DNA of 63,862 nt, counting the filler, from an uncultured bacterium (GTDB taxonomy: Bacteria > CAYJRR01): the NCBI GenBank assembly GCA_964372275.1. It is 8 parts of 8 records of this genome, joined end to end, with 100 filler letters (N's around TTAATTAATTAA, not from the genome) between each part and the next. Parts side by side here need not be neighbours in the genome. Positions count along the whole stretch, not along the records: positions 8,720 to 17,305 come from CAYJRR010000163.1; positions 17,406 to 25,906 come from CAYJRR010000164.1; 6 more parts are not named here. The stretch is one strand, 5' to 3'. The first letter of the stretch is position 1. Every line of letters starts with the position of its first letter. Below are positions 9,331 through 19,088 of this stretch, piece after piece. A model generated the notes under the pieces. The model saw only the letters and a list, made by a program, of their open reading frames with translations. It was not told the origin of the DNA and ran no database searches. The translations under genes were made by a program, and so were the position numbers.

Positions 9331-10137
9331 TTGAGCGCGAAGGTCTCGGAGCAGATAAGGCTTCTCAAAGAGCTGCAGCAAATCGACCTCCAGATCCGGG
9401 AAATCGAGCGCGCCAAGTCCGACATTCCACAGAAGCGGACCGAACTTCGCAGCGCGCGCGAGCGGGAACGGGCCGACATCCAGGCGTCGAAAGCGCAAAC
9501 TTCGCGCAACGACGAAGAGGCCGCCCGGCTGGAGAAGGAGATCGCCTGGGACCAGGAGGCGCTGCAGGCGTTCGAGGCGCGCACCGCCGACTTCACCAGC
9601 CCAGAGGCCTACCAGGCCGCGCTCCGGGAGCTCGACACCCGGCGCCGCAGCATCCGCGAGAAGGAGGAGACGGTCGTCCGGCGGATGGAAGAGCGCGAGG
9701 TCCTGCTCAAGAAGGTAGCCCAGCTCGAAGCCGACTTCGCCAACGTGGAGAAGGAGTACGAGCGCAAGGAGCAGGAGCTGGAGCTGACGATCGCCGACGT
9801 CGACAAGCAGACCGAAGGATTGCGGTCGCAGCGCGCCCAGATGGCGGCGGGGATCGACCGATCGCTCCTCGCGCGATACGACCAGGTCTTCAAGCGGCGC
9901 GATGGAATGGCGGTGGTGGCGGTCCGCGGCGAGGTCTGCCAGGGCTGCGACATGGGGGTGCCGCCGCAGATCGCCAACTTCGCGCGATCGGGTGAGCAGG
10001 GGGTCCAGTCCTGCCCGCACTGCTCGAGGATCCTGGTCTGGGAACCGATCGATCCCCCCGAAGGCGAAAAACCGCGACGTGCGCGCGGCCGGCCGAAGAA
10101 GGCCACCCGGGAAGAGGAAGTCCCCCTCGACGACTAG
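9331..10137 (+). CDS. Coiled-coil C4 zinc-ribbon protein (DUF164/CT398-like)
   Basis: LKELQQID start, long coiled coil, CQGC...CPHCSRIL. Confidence 0.9.
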   Translation: MSAKVSEQIRLLKELQQIDLQIREIERAKSDIPQKRTELRSARERERADIQASKAQTSRNDEEAARLEKEIAWDQEALQAFEARTADFTSPEAYQAALRELDTRRRSIREKEETVVRRMEEREVLLKKVAQLEADFANVEKEYERKEQELELTIADVDKQTEGLRSQRAQMAAGIDRSLLARYDQVFKRRDGMAVVAVRGEVCQGCDMGVPPQIANFARSGEQGVQSCPHCSRILVWEPIDPPEGEKPRRARGRPKKATREEEVPLDD

Positions 10138-11075
10138 AGCTGGTAGCGGAGGGTCACCATCGGGACGACGAACGTCTTCGTCGACGGGTCGTCGCCGCGG
10201 GACAGCTTCACGTTGTAGGCCTGGCCGGCGGCGAATCCGAGGTCGGCGGAGAGGTTGCGGCCGTAGAGGCGGACGCCGGGCATCACCGCCACCGCGTACG
10301 GCTGGTCGTCGTCGTCGGCCGACAGCTCGTCGGGGGCCTGGGCGTAGTTCGCCACCATGAAGACGAACTTCGCGCGCGGGGCGATCTCCAGCTCCACGCC
10401 GGCGGTGCCGATCCCCCCCTGCACCGAGCGCACGTCGGGGAACGGATCGCCCCAGAGCTGGACGTACTGGTAGCCGAGGTGGACGCGGAACTCGTCGCGC
10501 CCCGCGGACAGGACGGCGCCGCCGTACCGCGCGCCGAACGGGTTGTTGGTTCCGGCCGGCAGGTAGGCGCCCCCGACGAGCGTCAGGTCGATGCGCCGCC
10601 CGCGGACCAGCCCCAACCGCGCCGACGGCGTGAAGCCGACGAGCGAGTAACCGGCCCCGATCTGCAGCCAGTCCGAGAGGCCGTACTGGATGTCCGGGAT
10701 CCCGCCGGGGCCCGGGAATCCGAGCGACAGCTCACCTCGGTGGAGCGTGCGGCCGGTCGGGAGAAGAAAGATCGAATCGCGGCTCGGGTCCTCCCGCTCC
10801 CAGGGCTCCTCGTCCTCGCGTTCGTCGCGATCGTCGCGCGCGCCGCCGGTTCGGCCCCTCTTCGATGGGGTGGAGGTCCGCGACGGGACGGTGCCCGGCA
10901 CGAACCAGCCTTCGCGCCGCGGCTCGGGACTGCCGGGCTGACCGGACGTCGCGCCGTCGGGCGCCGGGGGCGGGGTCGGCGTCGGGGTCGGGTCGGCCTG
11001 GGCCGACGCCGAAAGCGGCGCGAGCAACAGCGATGCGGCGGCCAGGGAACCGAGCAGGCGGCGGTTCTCGTTCAT
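10134..11075 (-). CDS. Secreted protein, probably outer-membrane, unknown function
   Basis: Signal peptide ASA/QA, Pro-rich linker, FLLPTGRTL motif, amphipathic beta strands ending YQL. Confidence 0.7.
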   Translation of the reverse strand: MNENRRLLGSLAAASLLLAPLSASAQADPTPTPTPPPAPDGATSGQPGSPEPRREGWFVPGTVPSRTSTPSKRGRTGGARDDRDEREDEEPWEREDPSRDSIFLLPTGRTLHRGELSLGFPGPGGIPDIQYGLSDWLQIGAGYSLVGFTPSARLGLVRGRRIDLTLVGGAYLPAGTNNPFGARYGGAVLSAGRDEFRVHLGYQYVQLWGDPFPDVRSVQGGIGTAGVELEIAPRAKFVFMVANYAQAPDELSADDDDQPYAVAVMPGVRLYGRNLSADLGFAAGQAYNVKLSRGDDPSTKTFVVPMVTLRYQL

Positions 11076-11187
11076 GGGGTCCTCTTTCGCTTTCGTTCGA
11101 CGCAGGCGCGTCGATCCCTATTTGACGGCCCCTAACCCGCGGCGGCGAAGCACTTTTCATGTCCGGCGCGTGGTACACTTTCGGGGG

Positions 11188-11763
11188 ATGTTCGCACCCT
11201 CGCGGTCGGTCCGCCTGTCGGGGCTCCTTGCGGTGGCGATCCTTTCGTCGGCCGCGACGGGGGCACCGCAGGCGTACTCCGACGACGAGATGAAGGCGGC
11301 GGCGCCGGGTCCCGGTTGGGTCCTGCAGCCGGACGTTCCCGACGCGCCCGCGCTTCGAGGCGCCTACATTCGGGCGCGGCCGAACGATCGGGACAGCCTG
11401 ATCACCTTCGCCATCGACGCGACCCCCATGCCGACGGATCCGGGTGCGTACGTGCAGAAGGGGTTCGACGAGATCCTCCTCAAACCGCCGCTCTCGTTCC
11501 GGATCGCCGGCAAGAAGGAGTTCGACTGGGGGGGTAGCCGGGCGATCCGCGTCGAGTACGCCGACCGCGACGGGCGCCGGCAGTTCGTGCAGATCGCGAG
11601 GGCGACGCCGAGGGCGGGGATCCTGGTCGTGACGCTTCAGTCGCCCGACGCCGAGGCGTTCCGTGAAGACCAGGCGGCGTTGCAGTCGTTCGCCACCTCC
11701 ATCCGACTCGCCCCCGCGGCCGTCCCGGCGCGCGGCACGGCACCGCCGGCGACGCGACGCTAG
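11188..11763 (+). CDS. Secreted hypothetical protein (possible PsbP/DcrB-like fold)
   Basis: Signal peptide; PGW...RVEY...QF...F..SIRL pattern. Confidence 0.6.
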   Translation: MFAPSRSVRLSGLLAVAILSSAATGAPQAYSDDEMKAAAPGPGWVLQPDVPDAPALRGAYIRARPNDRDSLITFAIDATPMPTDPGAYVQKGFDEILLKPPLSFRIAGKKEFDWGGSRAIRVEYADRDGRRQFVQIARATPRAGILVVTLQSPDAEAFREDQAALQSFATSIRLAPAAVPARGTAPPATRR

Positions 11764-11770
11764 ACCGACG

Positions 11771-13147
11771 ATGATTCCATCCCCCTCCGCGCGCGACTCC
11801 CCCCTTCCGCGGCCGGCCCTCGCGTTGGCGGTGGTGATCGTCCTGGCGGCGACCGGCGTCTCGGCTGCGCCCGCCGAAAAGGTCCGTCCTTCGGGCTCTG
11901 CCGGGTCCTCCCCGAACCCCTGCGCCGCCGCCTTCAAGGCGCGCGAGTTCGAGAAGGCGCTCGCCTGCTACCGCGGGGCGGCCGCGCGGAACGCCAAGGA
12001 CATCGATGCCCGCAACGGAGCCGCGGCGGCGCTGTTGTCGCTCGAACGATACGGCGAGGCGCTCGACGAGTTCGAAGCGGTGCTGAAGGCCGCGCCCGGC
12101 AATCCGGTGGCGATGAACGGCCGGGCCGTCTCGTTCCTCGGGATGTCGCGCGTCCCCGAGGGGATGAAAGCGCTGGAGGAGGCGATCCGCTCCGATCCGG
12201 AGAACGTGCAGGCCCTCAACAACCTGGCGCTGCTCGCGCTGCAGGCGGGGGAGATCCGCATCGCCGAGCGCGTCTACGGCCAGGCGCTGGCGGTGAAGTC
12301 CGACGACGAGGACGCGCACGCGGGGCTGGGCGAGATCCGCCTGCGCCAGGGGATGCTCGACGAAGCGCTCCGTCATCTCGAGGCCGCGCTGAAGAAGAAC
12401 CGCGACAACGCGCGCGCGTTGTGGCTTGCCGGAAAGGCACTGGCGCAGACCGACGCCGTGGCGGCCCTCCCCTACCTGGAGCGCGCCGCCGGGATCAGCC
12501 CCGGCGTCGCGGCGGTCGTCTACGACCTCGGGCTCGTCCGCTACGCCACCGGCGACGTGCGCGCGGCCGGATCGGCCTTCACCGAGTTTCTCCGCCTCGC
12601 GCCGAACGATCCGGCCGCCTACTTCTACATCGGCAAGTGCTACCTCGATCAGTTCCGCTACGCCGATGCGCAGGTGTTCCTGGCGCAGGCCCTCCGCAAG
12701 CGTCCGCCGAAGGCGCTCGAGGCGTCGATCGAGTTCCATCGCGCGGTCGCCTTCGAGCGGCAGGACCGGTGGAAGGAGGCGGAGGAGAACTATCGGCGGG
12801 TGCTGGAGATCGATCCGACGTTCGCCTCCGCGCGCTGCAACCTGGGTTCCTACTACTTCGCGCACGCGCGATACGAAGACGCCCTGTCGGAGTACGATGC
12901 GGCGCTCGAGATCGATCCGCAACTCCACGAGGCGCGATTCGGGCGGGTGGTGAGCCGGCTGCAGGCGAAGCGTCCCGACGAGATCGAGGAGGACGTCGCC
13001 GCGCTCCGCGGGCTGCCGTCCAGCCACCCGGTCCGGGTGCGCCTGGATCGGATCCTCGCCAACAAGGGGATGGGGGGACTTAAACCCATCGATGCGACAC
13101 GACTTCCCGAAAAGCCCTCGCTGGAGGTCCCAAAGGAGGGGCCGTAG
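11771..13147 (+). CDS. Secreted TPR-repeat protein
   Basis: Signal-like N-terminus; many TPRs (ALNNLA, AYFYIGKCY, ARCNLGSYY). Confidence 0.85.
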   Translation: MIPSPSARDSPLPRPALALAVVIVLAATGVSAAPAEKVRPSGSAGSSPNPCAAAFKAREFEKALACYRGAAARNAKDIDARNGAAAALLSLERYGEALDEFEAVLKAAPGNPVAMNGRAVSFLGMSRVPEGMKALEEAIRSDPENVQALNNLALLALQAGEIRIAERVYGQALAVKSDDEDAHAGLGEIRLRQGMLDEALRHLEAALKKNRDNARALWLAGKALAQTDAVAALPYLERAAGISPGVAAVVYDLGLVRYATGDVRAAGSAFTEFLRLAPNDPAAYFYIGKCYLDQFRYADAQVFLAQALRKRPPKALEASIEFHRAVAFERQDRWKEAEENYRRVLEIDPTFASARCNLGSYYFAHARYEDALSEYDAALEIDPQLHEARFGRVVSRLQAKRPDEIEEDVAALRGLPSSHPVRVRLDRILANKGMGGLKPIDATRLPEKPSLEVPKEGP

Positions 13148-13254
13148 TCGCCTAGGTCACGGATACGTCCGCGGATTTCGGTCGGGTGCGGGATGGAGAG
13201 GCGCCGGTCCGGGGTATGCAACGTTTCGACACGGTCGTGGGGGGAGGGGGCGCC

Positions 13255-14184
13255 ATGAGGGGTCTACGGGCTTCGCTCGTCGTCGGTCTTTTGGGGGTCC
13301 TGTCGGCGTCGCCCGCGTGGGGGCAAGACGTCACCGACGTCAGCGGTTTCGGACTCGACTTCCGGGATGCCGATCAAAACGGCGTCGCACTGCTCAACGT
13401 GGCCCTCAAGGACTATGGGCCGTTCCGCGCCGACATGGACGGACTCAAGGGCGGATGGGAGTACGAGCTGTCGGGCGTACGCGCGCGGATCGGCGCCGCC
13501 GAGGGGGAGAGGGGCTGTTCCGCCGAGGCGCGCGGTCTCGCGTTCGATTCCAGCCTCAAAATGGAGATCGGTCCACGCGCAGAGACCGAATCGGGCGGCG
13601 GCGTCGCCCGTGGCGGCAACGAATCCCGCTCCCGAGGTGGTTCCGGCCGGCGGCGGCAGGCGGCGGGGAGGGTGGCGAAGTCGTTCGCCGATTGCGGCGT
13701 CGCCGTCGAAGGGACGCTCGCCCGAGTCACCGGAAACTGCAACACCGTCGTTGGATCGTTCGAGCTGACCGGAAAGGGGCCGGGCGCGAACTTCGAGTGC
13801 GGGTGCGGCGGATGCGAGGTTGGCGCGGCCTGGTGGTGGATCGCAGGGGAGTACGGAACACCTGACCTGATGATCTGCGGCGTGGGCGGCTCGGTTTCGG
13901 TCTCGGCCGAAGGGGGCGCGGGCGCGAAGGTCGGCGTCAAGCGATACAGGACGCTCGGCGGAAAGCTGAAGGCCGGGCCGGTGGGCGTCGGCGCCGGGGT
14001 CGATCCCAAGTTCAACCGGGCCGATTTCGACGATTGCATCGACGCGGTGCTCGACGTCGGGAGGGACCTGGTCAACGGCGTGCGCAACACCTTCTCGCGG
14101 GTTGTCGGCTTCTTCGGCGGCGGCTCCGACGTTAGGCCGAGCCAGACCGGCACCGGCAACGGCTCCGAATACCTCCGGCGCTAG
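13255..14184 (+). CDS. Secreted Gly/Cys-rich hypothetical protein
   Basis: GGAGG RBS, signal peptide SPAWG/Q, Gly-rich beta segments, C-terminal amphipathic helix. Confidence 0.7.
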   Translation: MRGLRASLVVGLLGVLSASPAWGQDVTDVSGFGLDFRDADQNGVALLNVALKDYGPFRADMDGLKGGWEYELSGVRARIGAAEGERGCSAEARGLAFDSSLKMEIGPRAETESGGGVARGGNESRSRGGSGRRRQAAGRVAKSFADCGVAVEGTLARVTGNCNTVVGSFELTGKGPGANFECGCGGCEVGAAWWWIAGEYGTPDLMICGVGGSVSVSAEGGAGAKVGVKRYRTLGGKLKAGPVGVGAGVDPKFNRADFDDCIDAVLDVGRDLVNGVRNTFSRVVGFFGGGSDVRPSQTGTGNGSEYLRR

Positions 14185-14235
14185 GGGGTATGGGGGAGGC
14201 CCCCCAAACGAGCGCGAACGCGCGGACAAAAAAAA

Positions 14236-14648
14236 CCCGGGTGGAGCTGTAAGCCGGGTTCTGTCGTCGGGCGGCTCTCGCGAGACGCCCGGAGACGGTC
14301 ATTCCTCTGCGACGCGCGTTGCCGCGCGCCTCCTGCGGTCTACCCGGGGACATGAGGACGGGCCGCCCTCCACCGGGTCTCCCCGGATCGTCCCCCTATT
14401 CGACCTTGCCACGCGTGGGGTTTGCCGTGCCGTCCCCGTCGCCGGGGACGCGGTGGGCTCTTACCCCACCGTTTCACCCTTGCCCGCCGCCGAAGCCGGT
14501 TTCCCGGTCGGCGACGTCGGCGGTCTGTTCTCTGTGGCACTTTCCTTCGAGTCACCTCGACCGGCCGTTAGCCGGCACGCCGCCCTTCGTAGCCCGGACT
14601 TTCCTCGAACGGAGTCTCCCCCGCCCGCGACCGTCCGCTCCACCCAGG
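14236..14648 (-). ncRNA. rnpB: RNase P RNA (bacterial type A)
   Basis: GAGGAAAGTCCGGGC and ACAGAACCCGGCTTA motifs; AGTGCCACAGA and GGTAAGAGCCCACC internal motifs; P1 CCTGGGTGGAGC/GCTCCACCCGGG followed by a T8 tract. Confidence 0.97.
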
Positions 14649-14757
14649 AACCAAAGACCCTAACACGTCCTGGATTGGATGGAAGTGGCAGCCCGAACGA
14701 TGCGGGGGCCGCCGGGAGGGCGATGCGGCCGACTCGGCTTGTGGCATGCTTGCCGAC

Positions 14758-15456
14758 ATGAACGTGCGCGCGCTCGGGCTCGGTCTCGGACTTCTCCTCC
14801 TTCCGCCGGCGGCGGTGGCCAGCGATTTCGGCTCCCCCGCGGCCGGATTCGACGGCAGCGGCTTCGACATCCGGCTGGCGCTGCACGGGACGCTCTCCCA
14901 GTACCTGATGCACGAGGGGAATCCGCTGGTCGACGCGCACGACCTGGCGTTCACCGCGGGCGGGGTCGAGGCGTCGTTCGCCTTCCAGGACCGGGTGCGG
15001 CTGCTGGTCGACCTCGGGACCGGCGGCTTCAAGGCCCGTGACGAGAGCGGCGAGACGGCGAAGGCGACGTTCAACGTCTACGGCGCCGGGGCGCGGATCA
15101 CCGTCTTCCGTTCCAAGCTGGCGCCGATCGAGCTGGGGGCGGGGGCGAACGTCGAGCTGTGGGAGTCGGACAACGTCTTCTCGTCCGGCGAATGGACGGC
15201 GCTGGTCGGCGGCGCGGCGCGGCTCTTCCCGGGCAACGTGCTGTATGCCGGCGCGCAGTACTACACGGTCGGCGGTTCGAAGCGGGTGCCGATCGAGATC
15301 GACGACGCCGTCCTGGAGCTGACCGGTCGCGCCGCCGCGCTCTACGTCGGCTACGAGCTGAAGCTCGCGATCGTCTCCACGCGGCTCGAGCTGCGTACCG
15401 AGGCGCCGACCTTCGACCGAAGCGCCGTCGGCCTTTCGCTCGGCATCGAGCTTTAG
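14758..15456 (+). CDS. Probable outer-membrane beta-barrel protein
   Basis: Signal peptide AVA/S, alternating amphipathic strands, terminal GLSLGIEL. Confidence 0.65.
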   Translation: MNVRALGLGLGLLLLPPAAVASDFGSPAAGFDGSGFDIRLALHGTLSQYLMHEGNPLVDAHDLAFTAGGVEASFAFQDRVRLLVDLGTGGFKARDESGETAKATFNVYGAGARITVFRSKLAPIELGAGANVELWESDNVFSSGEWTALVGGAARLFPGNVLYAGAQYYTVGGSKRVPIEIDDAVLELTGRAAALYVGYELKLAIVSTRLELRTEAPTFDRSAVGLSLGIEL

Positions 15457-16973
15457 CCGAGGAGGTCGAGGGCGCGGGCGAGGCGCTTCAGGTTCCGGGC
15501 GGCGAAGGCGGTGAGCTTCGGGGAGTAGGGGTAGTTCCAGGGATCGCGCTTCGGAGAGGGGAGGCGCTCCCGGTTGATTCCGCGCGCCTGGCACATCGCC
15601 CACAACCCTTCGGCGCCGTGGATGCGGCCGAGTCCCGACTCCTTCACTCCGCCGAACGGCAGCTCGGCGAAACTGAAGCAGCTCAACGTGTCGTTGATGG
15701 CGATCGTGCCGGCCTGGATCCGCTCGGCCAGGCGGCGCGCCCGGCGCCGGTCGCGGGAGAAGACGTAGGCGTTCAGGCCCAGGTGGGAGTCGTTGGCGAT
15801 GCGGATCGCCTCTTCATCACCGGAAACGGAAATGATCGGGACGACGGGGCCGAAGATCTCCTGCCGCGCGACGTCCATCTGCGGCGTCACGCCGCCGAGC
15901 ACCGTCGGCGCGTAGAACCGGCCCGGACCCGGCAGTCGCTGGCCGCCGGTCAGCACCTTCGCCCCCTTCGCCTTCGCGTCCTCCACCAACCGCTCGACGA
16001 CGTCGATCTGCTTGGGGAAGGTGACCGCCCCGATGTCGACCGCCTCCTGCGACGGATCGCCCTGCTTCAGCGCGGAGACGATCTTCACGATCCGCTCGGT
16101 GAGGGGCGCCGCGACCGTCTCGTGGACCAGGACCCGCTCGACCGAGGTGCAGGTCTGGCCGCAGTTGGCAAAGCCGCCCCAGGCGATGGTGTTGGCGGCG
16201 CGGTCGAGGTCGGCGTCGTCGCAGACGATCGCCGGCGCCTTGCCGCCGAGCTCCAGGGTGAACGGGATCAGGCGCTCGCCGCAGGCGGCGCCGATCCTTT
16301 TACCGACGGCGACCGAACCGGTGAAGTCGACCTTGTCGACGCCGGCCTCGATCAGCGCCTGCCCGGTCGGTCCGAAACCGGTCACCACCTGGAACAGGTC
16401 GCGCGGCAGGCCGGAGCGATCGTAGATCTCCTTGATCTTGAGCCCGATGAGCGGTGTCCATTCGGACGGCTTGAGCACGACGCCGTTCCCGGCCAGCAGC
16501 GCCGGGATCATCGGGCCGAGCGGCAGCGAAAACGGATAGTTCCAGGGGCTGATCACCGCCACCACCCCGAGCGGCGCGTGGTGGAGATAGCTGGGCCGGG
16601 TGAGCGACGGTCCCCAGGACGGGAGCCGCTGCGGGCGGAGGAGCTTCGGCGCCTTGGCCAGGTACCAGGCGGCGATCGTCGCCACCGGCATCAGCTCCAA
16701 CCAGACGACCTCCTCCTTTGTCTTTCCGTTCTCGGCGGAGACCAGGTCGACGATCTCCTGCTGCCGCTCGAGGAGGAGATCGCGAAAGGCGCGCACGCGG
16801 CGGACCCGCTCTTTCACGGGTAGCTCGGCCCACGGGCCTTGCGCGGCGCGGGCCTTCGCCACCGCGGCGCGCACCTGCGCCGCGTCCATCACCGGAACGC
16901 GCCCCAGCTCCCGCCCGCTGCCGGGGGAGGTGACGACGATCTCGGTGGGAAGGGCGGTGGGAACGGCGCTCAT
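15453..16973 (-). CDS. NAD(P)-dependent aldehyde dehydrogenase
   Basis: ISPWNYP, LKPSE, FTGS, LELGGK, NCGQTC, EIFGP, PFGGVKESG. Confidence 0.95.
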   Translation of the reverse strand: MSAVPTALPTEIVVTSPGSGRELGRVPVMDAAQVRAAVAKARAAQGPWAELPVKERVRRVRAFRDLLLERQQEIVDLVSAENGKTKEEVVWLELMPVATIAAWYLAKAPKLLRPQRLPSWGPSLTRPSYLHHAPLGVVAVISPWNYPFSLPLGPMIPALLAGNGVVLKPSEWTPLIGLKIKEIYDRSGLPRDLFQVVTGFGPTGQALIEAGVDKVDFTGSVAVGKRIGAACGERLIPFTLELGGKAPAIVCDDADLDRAANTIAWGGFANCGQTCTSVERVLVHETVAAPLTERIVKIVSALKQGDPSQEAVDIGAVTFPKQIDVVERLVEDAKAKGAKVLTGGQRLPGPGRFYAPTVLGGVTPQMDVARQEIFGPVVPIISVSGDEEAIRIANDSHLGLNAYVFSRDRRRARRLAERIQAGTIAINDTLSCFSFAELPFGGVKESGLGRIHGAEGLWAMCQARGINRERLPSPKRDPWNYPYSPKLTAFAARNLKRLARALDLLG

Positions 16974-17057
16974 GAGTGGCTCCAGCGGGGAAGGAAAGCG
17001 CGGAAGATAACACGAGCCGTTCGTGCCGACATGGCTTGCTGGGACGAACGCGACGGA

Positions 17058-17112
17058 CAGCCGCGACCGCGGTCGGTGTCGCGGCCGAGGCCGAATCCGA
17101 GGGATGACCCCA
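17058..17112. repeat. Interspersed repeat, copy 1 (55 bp identical to 25852-25906), within a hairpin cluster at ~17018-17300
   Basis: CAGCCGCGACCGCGGTCGGTGTCGCGGCCGAGGCCGAATCCGAGGGATGACCCCA occurs twice. Confidence 0.92.
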
Positions 17113-17405
17113 CGGAAGGGGAATTCGGGAGACTGGGGCGGCGGCTTCGGCATCGGCCATGCCAGCATGAAGCCGCTGGCATGGCCGACGCACGGGCGCC
17201 GCCTTACGCCCGATGAGTGCATCGCGAGGTCGTTGCTCTGTCATCCGGCCGCCTCGGGCCAGCTTCCCCGGTGAGTGAAAGCTGGCCCGAGGCGGTCGGA
17301 AGGAGNNNNNNNNNNNNNNNNNNNNNNNNNNNNNNNNNNNNNNNNNNNNTTAATTAATTAANNNNNNNNNNNNNNNNNNNNNNNNNNNNNNNNNNNNNNN
17401 NNNNN

Positions 17406-19088
17406 GAGCGCTTCTATCGGGCGCGCGGCTTTTACCGGGCGCGCGTCGAGGGTTGGCGGCTCGCCCGCGAGGGTCGTGGGCGGGCGCGGCTGGCGTTCGT
17501 TCTCGACGAAGGGCGGCCGGCGCGGATCCTTTCGCTCGCCGTCGACGGTCTCGACGCGCTGCCGCGGCCGGTGAGACAGGACGTGCGCCGCGATCTTCCG
17601 CTCCGACGCGGGGAGCCGCTCGACGAGGAGCGCTACGACGCGTCCAAGGCGCTCCTCCTCCAACGGCTGCGCGCGCGCGGCTACGCCTTCGCGGAGGTGG
17701 ATGGACGGGCGGTCGTCGCCGCGGACGGCCGTTCGGCCGAGGTCCGGTTCGAGGCGACGCCCGGGGCTCCGTTCCGCTTCGGACCGATCGACGTGGAGGG
17801 TCACCGCACCACCACCGGACGGCCGGTGCGGCTCGCGGCGCGCCTGACGCCCGGAGGCCCCTTCGACGCCGACGCCCTCGACCGCGCGCAGGCGTCGGTC
17901 TACGACCTCGGCATCTACCGCGCGGTCGCCGTCGAGCCCGGACCGCCCCTCCCCGGGAACCGGCTGCCGATCCGGATCGAGGTGCGCGAGCGCCCGCTCG
18001 AGTCCTACGAGGTCGGCGTCGGCCTCGGCGCGGACGGCACGCGCCAGAAGGCGCGGCTCCGCGCGACCTACCGCCACGCGAATCTCTTCGGCGGGCTCGA
18101 CCGCCTCGAGGCGACCCTGATCGGCGGATACGCCGTCCTTCCGTCGATCTTCGCCCTGGCGCGCGGCGGCCCCCTGTGGGGGGCGGAGGCGCGATTCCGG
18201 CGGCCGCACCTCTTCCGGCGCCGGCTGACGCTCGCCGCGTCGCTGAACCTGGAGCGCGCGATCGAACCTTCGTTCACCGAGGACGCCGCGCGCGCCACCG
18301 TCGGCATCGACCGCGAGGTGAGGAGGCTCCGCGTCGGCGCCGGCTACGGTCTGATCGTCTACCGGTTGACCGGCGTGGTGGCCGCCGACGAACCGACCGG
18401 CACCCCGACCCGCCGCCTCGACCGCTGCCCGACCCCGTGCACGCTCTCCTACGTCGAGCCGCGCGTCACGTGGGACCGGCGCGACGACCCGGTCGAGCCG
18501 CGTCACGGGTGGCTGGCGGCGCTGCAGGTGGAGTCCGGCGGCGGACCGTTGGGCGGCACGCACGACTACCTGCGCCTCGCGCCCGAGGTTCGCGGCTACG
18601 TCGGTCTTCCGGTCGGCGCACACGAGAAGACGATCGCCCTGCGCGCCAAGGCCGGGTGGCTGCGCCCGCGGACGGGGACGAGCCCGGTGGTGCGCCGCTT
18701 CTTCGGCGGCGGACCCGACGGCCACCGCGGCTACGCGCTGAACCGCTTCGCGCCGATGGTTCGCCGCCGGGGCGGCGGCACCACGCCGATCGGCGCCGAC
18801 CGGCTCCTCGAGCTGTCGGCGGAGTACCGGCAGGAGCTGGGGGCCGGCTTTCTCGGAACGGCGTTCGTCGACGCCGGCGCCGCCGGCGACGGGATCGCGG
18901 CGCTGCGGCCGTCCGGATGGAGTTGGGCCGTCGGACCGGGGATCCGGCGGCGCACGCGCATCGGCACGGTGCGGCTCGACGTCGGATGGCTCGTGTCCGG
19001 ACCGGCGCGCCGGACGGTCGATCCGCCGCATTTCCCGGTGCGCGACCCACGCTGGGTCGTCCACGTCGGGCTGGGGGAGAGCTTTTGA
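17406..19088 (+). CDS. tamA: Omp85/TamA-family outer membrane protein (5' truncated)
   Basis: POTRA segments (RARGY), HANLFGG, RFFGGG...HRGY, GTVRLDVG, terminal HVGLGESF. Confidence 0.85.
   Translation, partial: ERFYRARGFYRARVEGWRLAREGRGRARLAFVLDEGRPARILSLAVDGLDALPRPVRQDVRRDLPLRRGEPLDEERYDASKALLLQRLRARGYAFAEVDGRAVVAADGRSAEVRFEATPGAPFRFGPIDVEGHRTTTGRPVRLAARLTPGGPFDADALDRAQASVYDLGIYRAVAVEPGPPLPGNRLPIRIEVRERPLESYEVGVGLGADGTRQKARLRATYRHANLFGGLDRLEATLIGGYAVLPSIFALARGGPLWGAEARFRRPHLFRRRLTLAASLNLERAIEPSFTEDAARATVGIDREVRRLRVGAGYGLIVYRLTGVVAADEPTGTPTRRLDRCPTPCTLSYVEPRVTWDRRDDPVEPRHGWLAALQVESGGGPLGGTHDYLRLAPEVRGYVGLPVGAHEKTIALRAKAGWLRPRTGTSPVVRRFFGGGPDGHRGYALNRFAPMVRRRGGGTTPIGADRLLELSAEYRQELGAGFLGTAFVDAGAAGDGIAALRPSGWSWAVGPGIRRRTRIGTVRLDVGWLVSGPARRTVDPPHFPVRDPRWVVHVGLGESF

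Noticed and set aside
17101..17125. GATGA-stem-GAA resembling a hammerhead ribozyme core
   Set aside because: Lacks the CUGA core and the stem I/III cleavage-site arrangement
17453..19084. Apparent 1481-aa TamB and other long N-terminal extensions (5876-7888, 26740-28590, 48595-50994, 51080-54205)
   Set aside because: The extensions are Arg/Pro/Ala-rich shadow frames overlapping real genes; true starts are downstream
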